Assembly (NCBI GenBank): GCA_049599475.1
Contig: JBMYOQ010000091.1
Span: forward strand, 1-15,436
DNA from: Opitutales bacterium
Lineage (GTDB): Bacteria; Verrucomicrobiota; Verrucomicrobiia; Opitutales; JABSRG01
Length of the DNA: 15,436 nucleotides
Direction: 5' to 3'
Position 1 is the first letter of the stretch; every line of letters starts with the position of its first letter. Under the pieces are notes generated by a model. The model ran no database searches and was not told where the DNA came from. It saw nothing but the letters and a program-made list of their open reading frames with translations. The position numbers and the translations under genes are program-made. This document shows positions 6,692-15,436 of this stretch, in pieces.

Positions 6692-8113
6692 TCAACGGAT
6701 ACCGACCATCTGCCCAAGATCTTCGACGATGGTCTGAAGCTCCCGTGCTTGGCGCGTAAGGTGATCCGAGGATGAAGCCGTTTCCTCAGATGTAGCGGCA
6801 GCGGCCTGAGTCACCTGATCCATTTGAGCCACCGCTGAATTGATCTGCTCAATCCCGCTGCGCTGCTCAAGAGAAGCTTCACTGATTTTCCCCATGGTTT
6901 CGTCCAAGCGTTCTGCTAAATCCAAAATATTTCCAAGGCCATCATCAACCTGTTCGCTTAACAAAACTCCCTGCTTGTTCTTACTCACCGCCTCCTCAAT
7001 TTTACTCGCGGTGTCTTGCGCCGCAAGTGCACTGCGATGCGCCAAATTTCTGACTTCTTCGGCCACGACAGCAAAGCCCTGACCAGCTTCTCCAGCTCTA
7101 GCAGCCTCGACAGCAGCGTTGAGTGCCAAAATGTTCGTCTGAAATGCAATCTCATCAATCGTTTCAATAATCTTTCGAACCTCTTCGCTCGAATCCTGGA
7201 TGGAGTGCATAGCATTCTTCATTTTTGACATGCTCTGAGAGCCTTCTTCTGCTGCTGATTTTGAAGAGGTCGCCAATTCCTTAGCGGTGATGGCATGATC
7301 GGCATTGTGCTGTGTCATACTAGCCATCTCTTCCAAACTGGCCCCCGTTTCTTCAAGGGAGGCTGCCTGCTCAGAAGCGCCTTCGGCCATCCGCTTGCTA
7401 GATTCGGCTAAAGAACCCGACTCACGCAAAGTACTCTCAGAGCTACTCTTCAGCGCCCCGACTACAGTCTTTAGACTTTTCACGATACTTCGACTCAAGA
7501 TTACGGAGAAGAGCAGTCCAACCAATCCAGCAATCACTGAAAGGATCAGAATTGATCGCTTACTCGACGAAACCGCCGCCAACATTGCTTCATCCGATAA
7601 GATATATTTCGCACCCTCTTCTTCCAGACGATGCAGGCCATCTTGCACCTCAGCCAAAGCAGGCAGCGTCTGACTCAAATATACGGCTTTCGCTTGGTCG
7701 AACTCCCCTTCAGTTGCCAGATGTTTATTGATCTGGTGTGCCGTATCGTGCAGCTTGTGGTGCGGTTCGTGCAGGGCGTGGATCAAGGGCTCCAGGCTTG
7801 GGTAGGCTTTTAAAACCTCAGCGCAATCCTCGCTATCCATCCAAGTCCCTAAGGCACATTTTGTGGGGTCCAGCTGGACATCCAATGACCTCCGGCTCTC
7901 GTCCGCAAATACCGTAGAGACACGATTCGCCCAAATCAAATGGTCGATCTCTCGCAGAGCCAATGTGCGATTCAGGGTGTTTCCCCGATTCACCTCTTCG
8001 GCTTGTTCCTGAATTTTTATGATTCCCAGGGTCGCCACCGTTGCCACTAAGAATAGGGCGCCGATGGAACACAGAAAACCACCATTAATTCTCATTCCTA
8101 CAGTTAGCTTCAT
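6692..8113 (-). CDS. methyl-accepting chemotaxis protein with CZB sensor domain
   Basis: Signalling hairpin [37 protein letters not shown]. Two TM helices flank DHLIW...KCALGTW...HHKLH (CZB signature). The likely start is MKLTVGMR at 8113 rather than 8161. Confidence 0.93.
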   Translation of the reverse strand: MKLTVGMRINGGFLCSIGALFLVATVATLGIIKIQEQAEEVNRGNTLNRTLALREIDHLIWANRVSTVFADESRRSLDVQLDPTKCALGTWMDSEDCAEVLKAYPSLEPLIHALHEPHHKLHDTAHQINKHLATEGEFDQAKAVYLSQTLPALAEVQDGLHRLEEEGAKYILSDEAMLAAVSSSKRSILILSVIAGLVGLLFSVILSRSIVKSLKTVVGALKSSSESTLRESGSLAESSKRMAEGASEQAASLEETGASLEEMASMTQHNADHAITAKELATSSKSAAEEGSQSMSKMKNAMHSIQDSSEEVRKIIETIDEIAFQTNILALNAAVEAARAGEAGQGFAVVAEEVRNLAHRSALAAQDTASKIEEAVSKNKQGVLLSEQVDDGLGNILDLAERLDETMGKISEASLEQRSGIEQINSAVAQMDQVTQAAAATSEETASSSDHLTRQARELQTIVEDLGQMVGIR

Positions 8114-8354
8114 ATAAGTCTTCCGGTTCGATTTCAGGAGCACTGGCTCCATGCATAGCATTTAGAAGGTCGCCCAGCACCATTCTGTTTAAATTTACTA
8201 ATAGTAGATTTACAGAACATTAGCGATTCGCCTACCAACAAAGCCGTTAATCGACAGGCATTATCGGATATCACTCCTTCGAGTATCCGCCGCCTCATTC
8301 ATACAGAGCTTGTCAGAGCTCCCGATAATGATCATTCATCGCACCTTGGAATTT

Positions 8355-9074
8355 ATGGAACGCAATGTCATCTGCATGAAATGGGGAACGAAGTATGGCC
8401 CCCACTATGTAAACCGTCTGTACCGTCACGTAAGTAAGAACCTTTCGGGCGATTATCGCTTTATCTGTTTCACTGATGACGCGTCGGGAATCGATGAAGG
8501 TGTCGAAGTATTTCCAATTCCAGAAATGGATTTAGATCCCAATGAGCCCGAACGTGGCTGGAAGAAACTTACGATTCTGGGCGAGACGGAGGCGAACATG
8601 AAGGGGCAGGTGCTCTTCTTGGATATCGATATCATCGTGCGAGCTCCCATTGACCAGCTATTCGAGCATCCAGGTGAGTTTCTCATTATCCAAGATTGGC
8701 TGCGCAAACACCGCCAGATCGGCAATTCATCAGTATTTCGCTTCAAGGCAGGTGCGCATGCGGACGTGCTCGATTATTTCGTAAAGAACCCGCAGAAAGT
8801 GAAGAACTGGGTGCGCCACGAACAAGCCTACCTGACTTATAAAGTGCGCGAAACCACCGAGGTCACCTACTGGCCTGAGCGCTGGTGTGTCAGCTTCAAA
8901 CGCCAATGTATCCCACCGGTGCCAATCTGTTGGTTCAAAGAGACACAGGAGCCCGAAGATGCCTGCATCGTCGTCTTCCACGGTCACCCAAATCCACCTG
9001 ACGCAATCGCGGGAATCGGCAAGGGCTTTAGACAGTTCCGGCCAGCTCCCTGGGTGGCAAAGTATTGGGATTGA
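8355..9074 (+). CDS. GT-A fold glycosyltransferase
   Basis: VICMKWGTKYG..YVNRL, FICFTDD, FLDID (DxD), GNSSVFRF, EQAYL and VVFHGHPNP motifs. The ATG at 8355 is preferred over the TTG at 8310. Confidence 0.82.
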   Translation: MERNVICMKWGTKYGPHYVNRLYRHVSKNLSGDYRFICFTDDASGIDEGVEVFPIPEMDLDPNEPERGWKKLTILGETEANMKGQVLFLDIDIIVRAPIDQLFEHPGEFLIIQDWLRKHRQIGNSSVFRFKAGAHADVLDYFVKNPQKVKNWVRHEQAYLTYKVRETTEVTYWPERWCVSFKRQCIPPVPICWFKETQEPEDACIVVFHGHPNPPDAIAGIGKGFRQFRPAPWVAKYWD

Positions 9075-9115
9075 ATTTTGAAAAGGCTTCGTTTCAAGGG
9101 TCTTTTCAGAATCAA
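9071..9115. terminator. imperfect hairpin between convergent glycosyltransferase and xerD genes
   Basis: TTGA(A)TTTTGAAAAGGCTT ... GGGTCTTTTCAGAATCAA pairs on the + transcript with several G-U pairs. Confidence 0.45.
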
Positions 9116-9135
9116 GAACCAACAGCATTTACGCT

Positions 9136-9163
9136 TTCATCCTTCATCCCTCATCCTTCATCC
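9136..9163. repeat. tandem heptamer repeat (TTCATCC)x4
   Basis: TTCATCC TTCATCC CTCATCC TTCATCC, 13 nt downstream of the xerD stop. Confidence 0.85.
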
Positions 9164-9176
9164 TTTCAACCCAACC

Positions 9177-10100
9177 TCACCCCTGGCCTCTTGGATGGAA
9201 ACGTGCATGTTCGTCTAGAAGTCTTTCGTGATCCACCGAAGTATAAATTTGCGTTGTCGCTATATCCGCGTGGCCTAGCATTTCTTGGATGGCTCGCAAG
9301 TCGGCGCCTCCGGCCAGAAGATGTGTGGCGAAGGAATGGCGCAGGATATGTGGCTTCACGTTTTTACTGATTCCAGCATCTTCAGCCGCCTTTTTCAGCA
9401 TGACCCACACAGTCTTTCTAGAGATGGGAATCCCGCGGTTGGATAGGAATACTCCACTCCCGGTCTTCGGCTTTACAAAGGCTGGCCGAGCGATCGTCAA
9501 ATAATCCCGCAAGGCTTTCAACGCACTGCTACCCAGGGGCACAAAACGCTCCTTAGACCCCTTGCCGTACACGCGGATGACATCGTCGTCCAAGAGCAGC
9601 TGGTTCAGCGTAAGGCCACACAATTCGCTCACCCGCAGCCCACTTGAATAAAACAGCTCGATAATCGCGAGATCCCTCAGTCCCTGCGGTTCATGCCGAC
9701 TCGGCACTGCCAGTAGGCGCTCCATTTCCTCGATGGTCAATACCTCTGGCAACTTCCTTCGCAGAGTCGGGCCGCTCAGCAGCTCGGTAACATCTTCTTT
9801 GAGGATACGCTCATGGATGGCAAAGCGGATAAAGGCCCTCAATGCCGAAAAACGGCGTGCTACTGTGGAGACGGCCATGCCTTCCTTACCCATCTGGACC
9901 AGCCATGCAGACACATGCGCCGCATCCATATCGACCCAATCAGCCACACCCATCGATTCCATAAAACCAGCACAGACAGCGAGATCATTCCCATAGCCTT
10001 GGCTCGTGTGATCGGAGAGGCCTCGTTCCAAGCCCACCCATACCAGAAATTGCTGAACAGGCTCAGAAAACGAATCAGGGATTTCATCGACCTGCGACAT
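9177..10100 (-). CDS. xerD: site-specific tyrosine recombinase XerD
   Basis: ERGLSDHT N-terminal domain, KLPEVLT, YSSGLRVSEL, GKGSKERFVP, PHILRHSFATHLL and IQEMLGHADIATTQIYT (R-K-H-R-H-Y catalytic set). FHPR C-terminus. Confidence 0.93.
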   Translation of the reverse strand: MSQVDEIPDSFSEPVQQFLVWVGLERGLSDHTSQGYGNDLAVCAGFMESMGVADWVDMDAAHVSAWLVQMGKEGMAVSTVARRFSALRAFIRFAIHERILKEDVTELLSGPTLRRKLPEVLTIEEMERLLAVPSRHEPQGLRDLAIIELFYSSGLRVSELCGLTLNQLLLDDDVIRVYGKGSKERFVPLGSSALKALRDYLTIARPAFVKPKTGSGVFLSNRGIPISRKTVWVMLKKAAEDAGISKNVKPHILRHSFATHLLAGGADLRAIQEMLGHADIATTQIYTSVDHERLLDEHARFHPRGQG

Positions 10101-10106
10101 ACGGAA

Positions 10107-10409
10107 TCAATTCTTTTGAGCGAACTCTGCCCACGTTGCACCCCAGCCCCCCGAGCTCCCATCGCCAAGATAGAAGCGCGCGACCTGCGGATGCTTCCTC
10201 AAAATACCATGTACGATCTCACGCTGCGTTCCAATGCCCTTGCCATGTATGATTCTGACACGGGCAAATCCCTTCTCTTGCGCCAGTTCCAAATAATCCT
10301 CAACGACATCGGGAATTTCCCGAGGCCGGAAGGTGTGCAAATCCAATTCATCTGTAATCGGATATTCAACCGGTTCCTGCTCATCTGGAAATGCAAATTC
10401 GTCTGCCAT
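10107..10409 (-). CDS. standalone Smr/MutS2 C-terminal domain protein
   Basis: ELDLHTF, VRIIHGKGIG and GGWGAT motifs. Ends 6 nt before the xerD start. Confidence 0.92.
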   Translation of the reverse strand: MADEFAFPDEQEPVEYPITDELDLHTFRPREIPDVVEDYLELAQEKGFARVRIIHGKGIGTQREIVHGILRKHPQVARFYLGDGSSGGWGATWAEFAQKN

Positions 10410-10520
10410 AAAATCACGCTAATAGTTAATCACTACGAGGCCAATGCGGAACAAAAATGTTTCGAAATCGCCGCAGAGTTCTCACACACGCCCTCCATTA
10501 TCTTTTGTTTTACACAGAGA

Positions 10521-11282
10521 ATGGCTATACCTGACAGCACTTCACGTTTCTCCGATCGCGTTGAGAATTACATAAAATATCGCCCATCCTACCCGCGCGC
10601 GGTAGTCGATTACCTTCTGGAGAGCGAGCGCTTGACGCGTGCCAGTGTCACGGCAGATATAGGATCAGGCACCGGGAAGCTCAGCGAAATTTTTCTGGAA
10701 AAGGATTTCCCGATTATCGGAGTGGAGCCCAATCGTGAAATGCGCGAAGCGGGAGAATCCCTTTTGGCTCGCTACAACAAATTCGAGAGCATGGACGGCA
10801 CTGCCGAGACTACTGGGCTCCCTCGGGACTCATGCGACCTCATCATCTGTGGACAGGCCTTTCACTGGTTTAACATCCCTCAGGCAAGACAAGAGTGGCA
10901 GCGGATCCTGGCGCCAGGTGGATCGGTCGTCCTGATCTGGAATGAGCGCGACACCCATTCCTCCTTCCTCTCGGACTATGAGCAGTTCCTTCATGTCCAT
11001 GCGAAGTCTTACAGCGAAGTAAATCACCGCAATATCGAGACATCCACGATCAAGACATTTTTCGCACCCGGACCTCTGGAAATTAGAGAATTCCCCAACC
11101 ACCAGTTCTTCGATTTCCCATCATTACTCGGCCGTTATATGTCCTCTTCTTATGCATACACCGCGCGAGATCCGGAATTCGAAGAAGCCATGAAGTCCTT
11201 GAGAGAACTGTTTGATATTCATCAGGTAAATGATCGCGTCCGTTTTGAGTATCAGACTCGCGTTTATTGCGGTCAGTTTTAG
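10521..11282 (+). CDS. class I SAM-dependent methyltransferase
   Basis: RFSDRVENYIKYRPSYP, ADIGSGTGK (motif I), GVEPN and QAFHWF. The real start is the ATG at 10521; the upstream part of the 489-aa track ORF is antisense to xerD/smr. Confidence 0.9.
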   Translation: MAIPDSTSRFSDRVENYIKYRPSYPRAVVDYLLESERLTRASVTADIGSGTGKLSEIFLEKDFPIIGVEPNREMREAGESLLARYNKFESMDGTAETTGLPRDSCDLIICGQAFHWFNIPQARQEWQRILAPGGSVVLIWNERDTHSSFLSDYEQFLHVHAKSYSEVNHRNIETSTIKTFFAPGPLEIREFPNHQFFDFPSLLGRYMSSSYAYTARDPEFEEAMKSLRELFDIHQVNDRVRFEYQTRVYCGQF

Positions 11283-11350
11283 ATAGAGCGTTCAGTTCAT
11301 TAAATAGGCAATGCTGCCGAACCCGTGATTCGGAGCAATAAACTATCCTC

Positions 11351-11539
11351 GAGGCTGTTTCAAAAGTCTGGATATATCGTTAATGGGGTAGCGCTCGTTC
11401 ACACCTTCGACTTTGCTCAGGTCCTCGAGCATGTCGAGGCGGCGAACGGGCATGATTCGGCCTCGGCCGCTTAGCTTGCTCGAGCTGACGCGCCTATGCC
11501 CGCTCGGTGAGCCAGCGCTACCTCTTATGAGACAGCCCC
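11351..11539. mobile_element. MITE/REP-like non-autonomous palindromic element
   Basis: Terminal inverted repeats GAGGCTGTTTCAAAAG / CTTATGAGACAGCCCC (13/16) enclose a long internal inverted repeat. No ORF and no clear target-site duplication. Confidence 0.55.
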
Positions 11540-11846
11540 GGCAAAGCGCCCCACCAAACGATTGAGACGACCGAAGCTCGAAGTCCCTCCTCTATCTTCC
11601 AACACCTCGACATTTGAAGAGGCGGAAAACAAAACGGACTGCCCACACGCTCGAGCCCCAGCGCTGCACCTCCATGGCGAAATCCGCATCCCTTTTGGCG
11701 AAAAATACGAGGTAAATTAGAACGCTTTTATGAGATAATTTACAATACAAGACGCCTATCCCCGAACACATCGCATTTGTCGCCAAACTCGCAGTAGAAC
11801 TGGGCGATATTAGTTTCATAAGCGATTTCGAAATCACCACAGAACT

Positions 11847-13496
11847 ATGAATTTAAGCATCAAATCGATCTGCGCACGTATACAGATCATCCCCCTCATC
11901 CCAGTTGTCTTTTTTACCTCAACTCTAAGCAGTGCCCACGGCTCGGATACCTCACGCCCCAACATCGTTTTCTTCCTCGTCGACGACTATGATAAACCCG
12001 AGACCAGTCCCTACGGTGGAAACGTTCTGACGCCCAATCTCGATCGCCTTGCACGCGAAGGCATGTTGTTCAATAACGCCTACGTCACCAGCACGGTGTG
12101 CACACCTTCCCGCTACACGATGCTTACCGGTCGCTACGCAGGATCGTCACATTCGAGCAAATTCCTCAGCGAATTTCCCCTCGGCACACAGTCTTTACCC
12201 GCGTTCAATGTCGCTTTAGAGGATGATAATATGAACGTCGGCGCCGTTCTCGCCCAGAATGGCTACGTAACAGGCTTTGTCGGCAAATACCATGTAGGCC
12301 CCGAACACGATGAAGCCTTTTACAAAATTCACGGCATTCACGACTACCCGAAGAATGCAAAATACACCGACAAACTCAATAAGCAGGAATTCAACAATGA
12401 GAAGATCTACCGCGAGCTCATAAAAGAACGGGGCTTCACCTGGGCAAAGAATATTTACTGGGGTAACACGAAACAGCCCTTCAAAGCGCACAACCCTGAA
12501 TAGACTACGGCAGCAGCAGTCGAATTCATCGAAGAACATAAGGATCAACCGTTTTACCTGCACGTCTGCTCCACACTCCTGCACGGCCCCAACAAGGAAT
12601 GGCACCAATCGCTAAGAGATAAGGAATTGATCACGGGCGAAGGTATAATAAAGGCGCCGATAAAGAGCCAACCGTCGCGTGAATCCGTACTCAAGCGCGT
12701 CAAGGAAGCTGGGCTCACCGAAGAAGAAGTGGGCTACACCTGGATGGACGACAGCGTCGGTGTGCTTCTCGACAAGCTCGACGAGCTAGGGATCGCCGAC
12801 AATACAATATTCCTCTTCGTATCGGACCACGGATCTGCCGCCAAAGGCTCCCTATTCCGCAGCTACGCGATGGAAGTGCCCTGCATCATCCGTTGGCCCA
12901 ATGGTATCAAGGCCGGCACAGTCACCGATGAACTGATGCAAAGCACAGACTTTGTGGCCACTTGGTTTGACGCCGCAGGGGCTAAAATCCCTGCCGATTA
13001 TCCTATGGACGGAAAGAGCTTCGCCTCCCTTTTCAATTCTCCCAATAAACCCTACCGCGACTTCGTATACGGCGAAATGGGAAGCGCGCGCTCTATAAAA
13101 ACAAAAGAATTTAGCCTTATCACTCTCCGCTACCCCGAAGAGATTGTCTCACTCGACGGACGCAAAGTGAAACAGTTAGCCGGCCTTAGCGGCGGCATCT
13201 CTCGCGCTGGACACAGGCACAAGCACGCCTTCGACCCAGACCAACTTTATAACCACACCCAAGACCCCGAAGAACAGGTAAATCTCGCGAGCAATCCCGA
13301 ATACGCCAGCACGCTCAAGGAGATGAAAGAGACGCTGACTCATGTTCTGAAGCAGTTCCCCAATCGCCCTTACGGCGAATTCATCCCCGGAGGGAATGCC
13401 CGCGGCGCCGAAGAGAGCGCACCTATTCTAGCGAGCCTCCAGGAACATTACGGAGTCAGCACCAAGAGCACAAAGAAGAAAAAGAAAAAGGAGTAA
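11847..13496 (+). pseudogene. secreted formylglycine-dependent (S1) sulfatase interrupted by one in-frame TAG at 12501-12503
   Basis: Signal peptide, PNIVFFLVDD, CTPSR, LTGR, GKYH and SDHG motifs. The two track ORFs are in the same frame (offset 780 nt), and the gap translates as TTAAAVEFIEEHKDQPFYLHVCSTLLHGP, typical sulfatase sequence. Confidence 0.88.
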
Positions 13497-13520
13497 CAAC
13501 CTGAACAAGCATCCACGCGT

Positions 13521-14828
13521 ATGAATCTTAACACCCTCCCTCCACGTCGTCGTTTTCTCAAACAATCAGCAGCCGCTGCTGGCTTTCTTCTAGGCGCGCC
13601 CAGAATTCTAAAGGCTGGCACACTAGGTAACTCCAAAAAAGCGGCTGCCAACTCACGCATCGGTATCGGTTTCATCGGTACAGGAATCATCGCAGACGGG
13701 CACTTGAAGTCTTTCGCAGGCATGAAAGAAGTCCAAGCTATCGCCGCCTGCGATGTCCGCCAAAGCAACCTCGATAAGGCAGTCGAAAAGCTTGCCCAAA
13801 AAGGTGCCACATCCGTTCAAGCGACACAATTTTCTGAAGAAGTAATTCAAAACCCTGACGTCGACATCGTCTGCATCTCAAAACCAGACCATTGGCATGC
13901 AGCCCTCGCGATTGAGGCGATGAAGGCGGGCAAGGACGTCTATGTCGAAAAGCCAATGACGATGACCGTCGAAGAAGGTAAAGCCGTGTTGGCAGCTGAG
14001 CAGAAGTATGATCGCATCCTTCAAGTAGGGTCACAACAACGCTCTACCGTATATTTCCGCATCGCTGCAAACCTCGTCCGCAACGGCTTGATTGGTGATA
14101 TAAAGGAGATCTATTGCAGACTTGGAGATTTTCCTCTTCCACCCGAAAACGAACCTGTCGTTCCAATCCCGGAAGGCTTCAATTATGATCGCTGGCTCGA
14201 GCCAACTCCCTTCTATGACTATACAGAACATCGCGTTCGGGGTAAGATCGGTAATGGCTGGCGCTGCTACTGGGACTATGGCAATCGCAAGTTTGGCGAC
14301 TGGGGCGCACACCACTTCGACATCGTGCAGTGGGCACTCGACCGCGACCACGCTGGCCCGGTTGAATTCATCCCGAAGGAATACAATGGCTCCAAATACC
14401 ACCACTATCGATATGCAGACGGCATCACGGTATGGCGCGACAAGAAGCCCACCGGCGTTGATCCGAAGGACAAAACCCAGATCCGATTCATCGGTACCGA
14501 AGGAGAAATCCTCGTAAGTCGCGGAAAAATCGAGACATTACCCGTCGACCTACGACGCCACAGATTCGGCCCTGATGATATTCAAGTGTATGAATCCACG
14601 AACCATCGGACGAATTTCATAGACAGTGTAATATCCCGCAAACCTACAATCTGCCCAGCATCTGTCGGGCATCGATCGGGAACCATCTGTCAAGTCGCTG
14701 CGATTGCAGAACGCACAGGCCGAGCAATCAAGTGGGACCCCGATGTACAGCAGATCGTCGGCGACACAGAAGCTCAGGCCATGCAAGACCGTCCACGCCG
14801 CGAAGGCTACGATTTACCAACGGTTTAA
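13521..14828 (+). CDS. Tat-exported Gfo/Idh/MocA family oxidoreductase
   Basis: RRRFLK Tat motif, IGFIGTG Rossmann motif, PDHWH, DVYVEKP, GSQQRS and DWGAHHFD. Confidence 0.93.
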   Translation: MNLNTLPPRRRFLKQSAAAAGFLLGAPRILKAGTLGNSKKAAANSRIGIGFIGTGIIADGHLKSFAGMKEVQAIAACDVRQSNLDKAVEKLAQKGATSVQATQFSEEVIQNPDVDIVCISKPDHWHAALAIEAMKAGKDVYVEKPMTMTVEEGKAVLAAEQKYDRILQVGSQQRSTVYFRIAANLVRNGLIGDIKEIYCRLGDFPLPPENEPVVPIPEGFNYDRWLEPTPFYDYTEHRVRGKIGNGWRCYWDYGNRKFGDWGAHHFDIVQWALDRDHAGPVEFIPKEYNGSKYHHYRYADGITVWRDKKPTGVDPKDKTQIRFIGTEGEILVSRGKIETLPVDLRRHRFGPDDIQVYESTNHRTNFIDSVISRKPTICPASVGHRSGTICQVAAIAERTGRAIKWDPDVQQIVGDTEAQAMQDRPRREGYDLPTV

Positions 14829-15132
14829 CTGCATCATTCAGACACTTTCACTTCGTTAAAGACAAGTACAGCTTATCCCTTTCATTCATACGAGTATTTA
14901 AATTTTCATAACATCAACCTAGCTCAAAACCCAAGCATGTCATGGTATTTTACCTTCATTCCCCAAACCCAGGAATCTTTGAAATATCAATATGCGGACT
15001 ATCCACGCTCGCTCTAGTATCATCTTTTTGCGTATTCTTTCCTTGAATACCTTTTGCTCTAAACTATAAATTTGTAGACAGATAAAGGTATCTACAATCA
15101 CGGCACTAACGGGTTACTTTTGCCGCAAAACA

Positions 15133-15189
15133 ACAGGATAGGGAGAGCCGCCCTCCATAGATAGGGTCGGAGAGCGGCTCTCTTCCTGT
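15133..15189. repeat. GC-rich inverted repeat / hairpin
   Basis: ACAGGA..GGGAGAGCCGCCCTCC / GGAGAGCGGCTCTCTTCCTGT. On the minus strand it is followed by TGTTTTG. Confidence 0.6.
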
Positions 15190-15347
15190 ATGCTAAAGAT
15201 GTTTTCAAGGAAGTCCAAGCAACACCCTAGTGAATCGCGCCACCTGATGACTCCATAAACTGGCTATCGTATTTCTATAAAATACATAATACGTTAAGTA
15301 TTCGGCATCAAATCTTCATTTAATTCTGCCCGAATCAATTACCAGAA

Positions 15348-15397
15348 ATAGTAGGGCCTCAGCTACCACGGCGCTCAGCGAGCTGAGGCCCTGCTAT
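15348..15397. repeat. GC-rich inverted repeat / hairpin
   Basis: ATAGTAGGGCCTCAGCT / AGCTGAGGCCCTGCTAT gives a 17-bp stem (16/17, one G-U on +) with a 16-nt loop. Confidence 0.7.
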
Positions 15398-15436
15398 GTT
15401 AGTTTGTGTCAAGACCGTTGGATGTGTTTAGTTACT

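Noticed and set aside
9177..10100. Tyrosine recombinase as a prophage or integron integrase
   Set aside because: Length and motifs fit housekeeping XerD, there is no IntI-specific insertion, and no att sites or cargo are visible.
9813..10520. Long N-terminal extension of the methyltransferase ORF
   Set aside because: It is antisense to xerD and smr, and the family-typical N-terminus begins at 10521.
11351..11539. CRISPR array or tRNA
   Set aside because: No direct repeat-spacer periodicity and no cloverleaf or T-loop consensus.
11592..11840. 82-aa minus-strand ORF upstream of the sulfatase
   Set aside because: No motif or RBS. It is more likely the promoter region of the sulfatase unit.
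12501..12503. Pyrrolysine or genome-wide TAG recoding
   Set aside because: TAG terminates other genes in the window, no pyl genes are seen, and the site fits a TGG to TAG change.
15141..15184. Group II intron domain V suggested by GAGCCG...CGGCTC
   Set aside because: It lacks the GNRA loop, the bulge and the roughly 34-nt geometry, and there is no domain VI or RT remnant.
15244..15290. Hammerhead ribozyme suggested by CTGATGA
   Set aside because: No stem II followed by GAAA can be formed.

Overview
Chromosomal window. The gene content (fused ccoNO, monoheme ccoP, HAMP-less chemoreceptor, sulfatase with a Tat-exported Gfo/Idh/MocA protein) suggests a free-living Verrucomicrobiota/PVC-type bacterium, which is inference only. 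1-5923 is a cbb3-type cytochrome c oxidase locus: probable ccoS tail, ccoNO fusion, ccoQ, ccoP, a 66-aa His/Cys microprotein, ccoG, an unannotated 51-aa membrane ORF and a DsbD_2/TauE-like gene. It is followed by a secreted Cys/Met/Ala/Lys-rich protein with an ECF-sigma-like promoter and its own terminator, a chemoreceptor whose CZB zinc-binding domain appears extracytoplasmic, a GT-A glycosyltransferase, xerD, an Smr protein and a SAM methyltransferase. Next come a nested MITE/REP-like palindromic element, a sulfatase broken by one in-frame TAG, a Tat oxidoreductase and an AT-rich, hairpin-rich non-coding tail. The best candidate for an undescribed system is the set of small metal-ligand-rich proteins attached to the cbb3 locus, possibly a copper supply/buffering module. 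No database searches were run.
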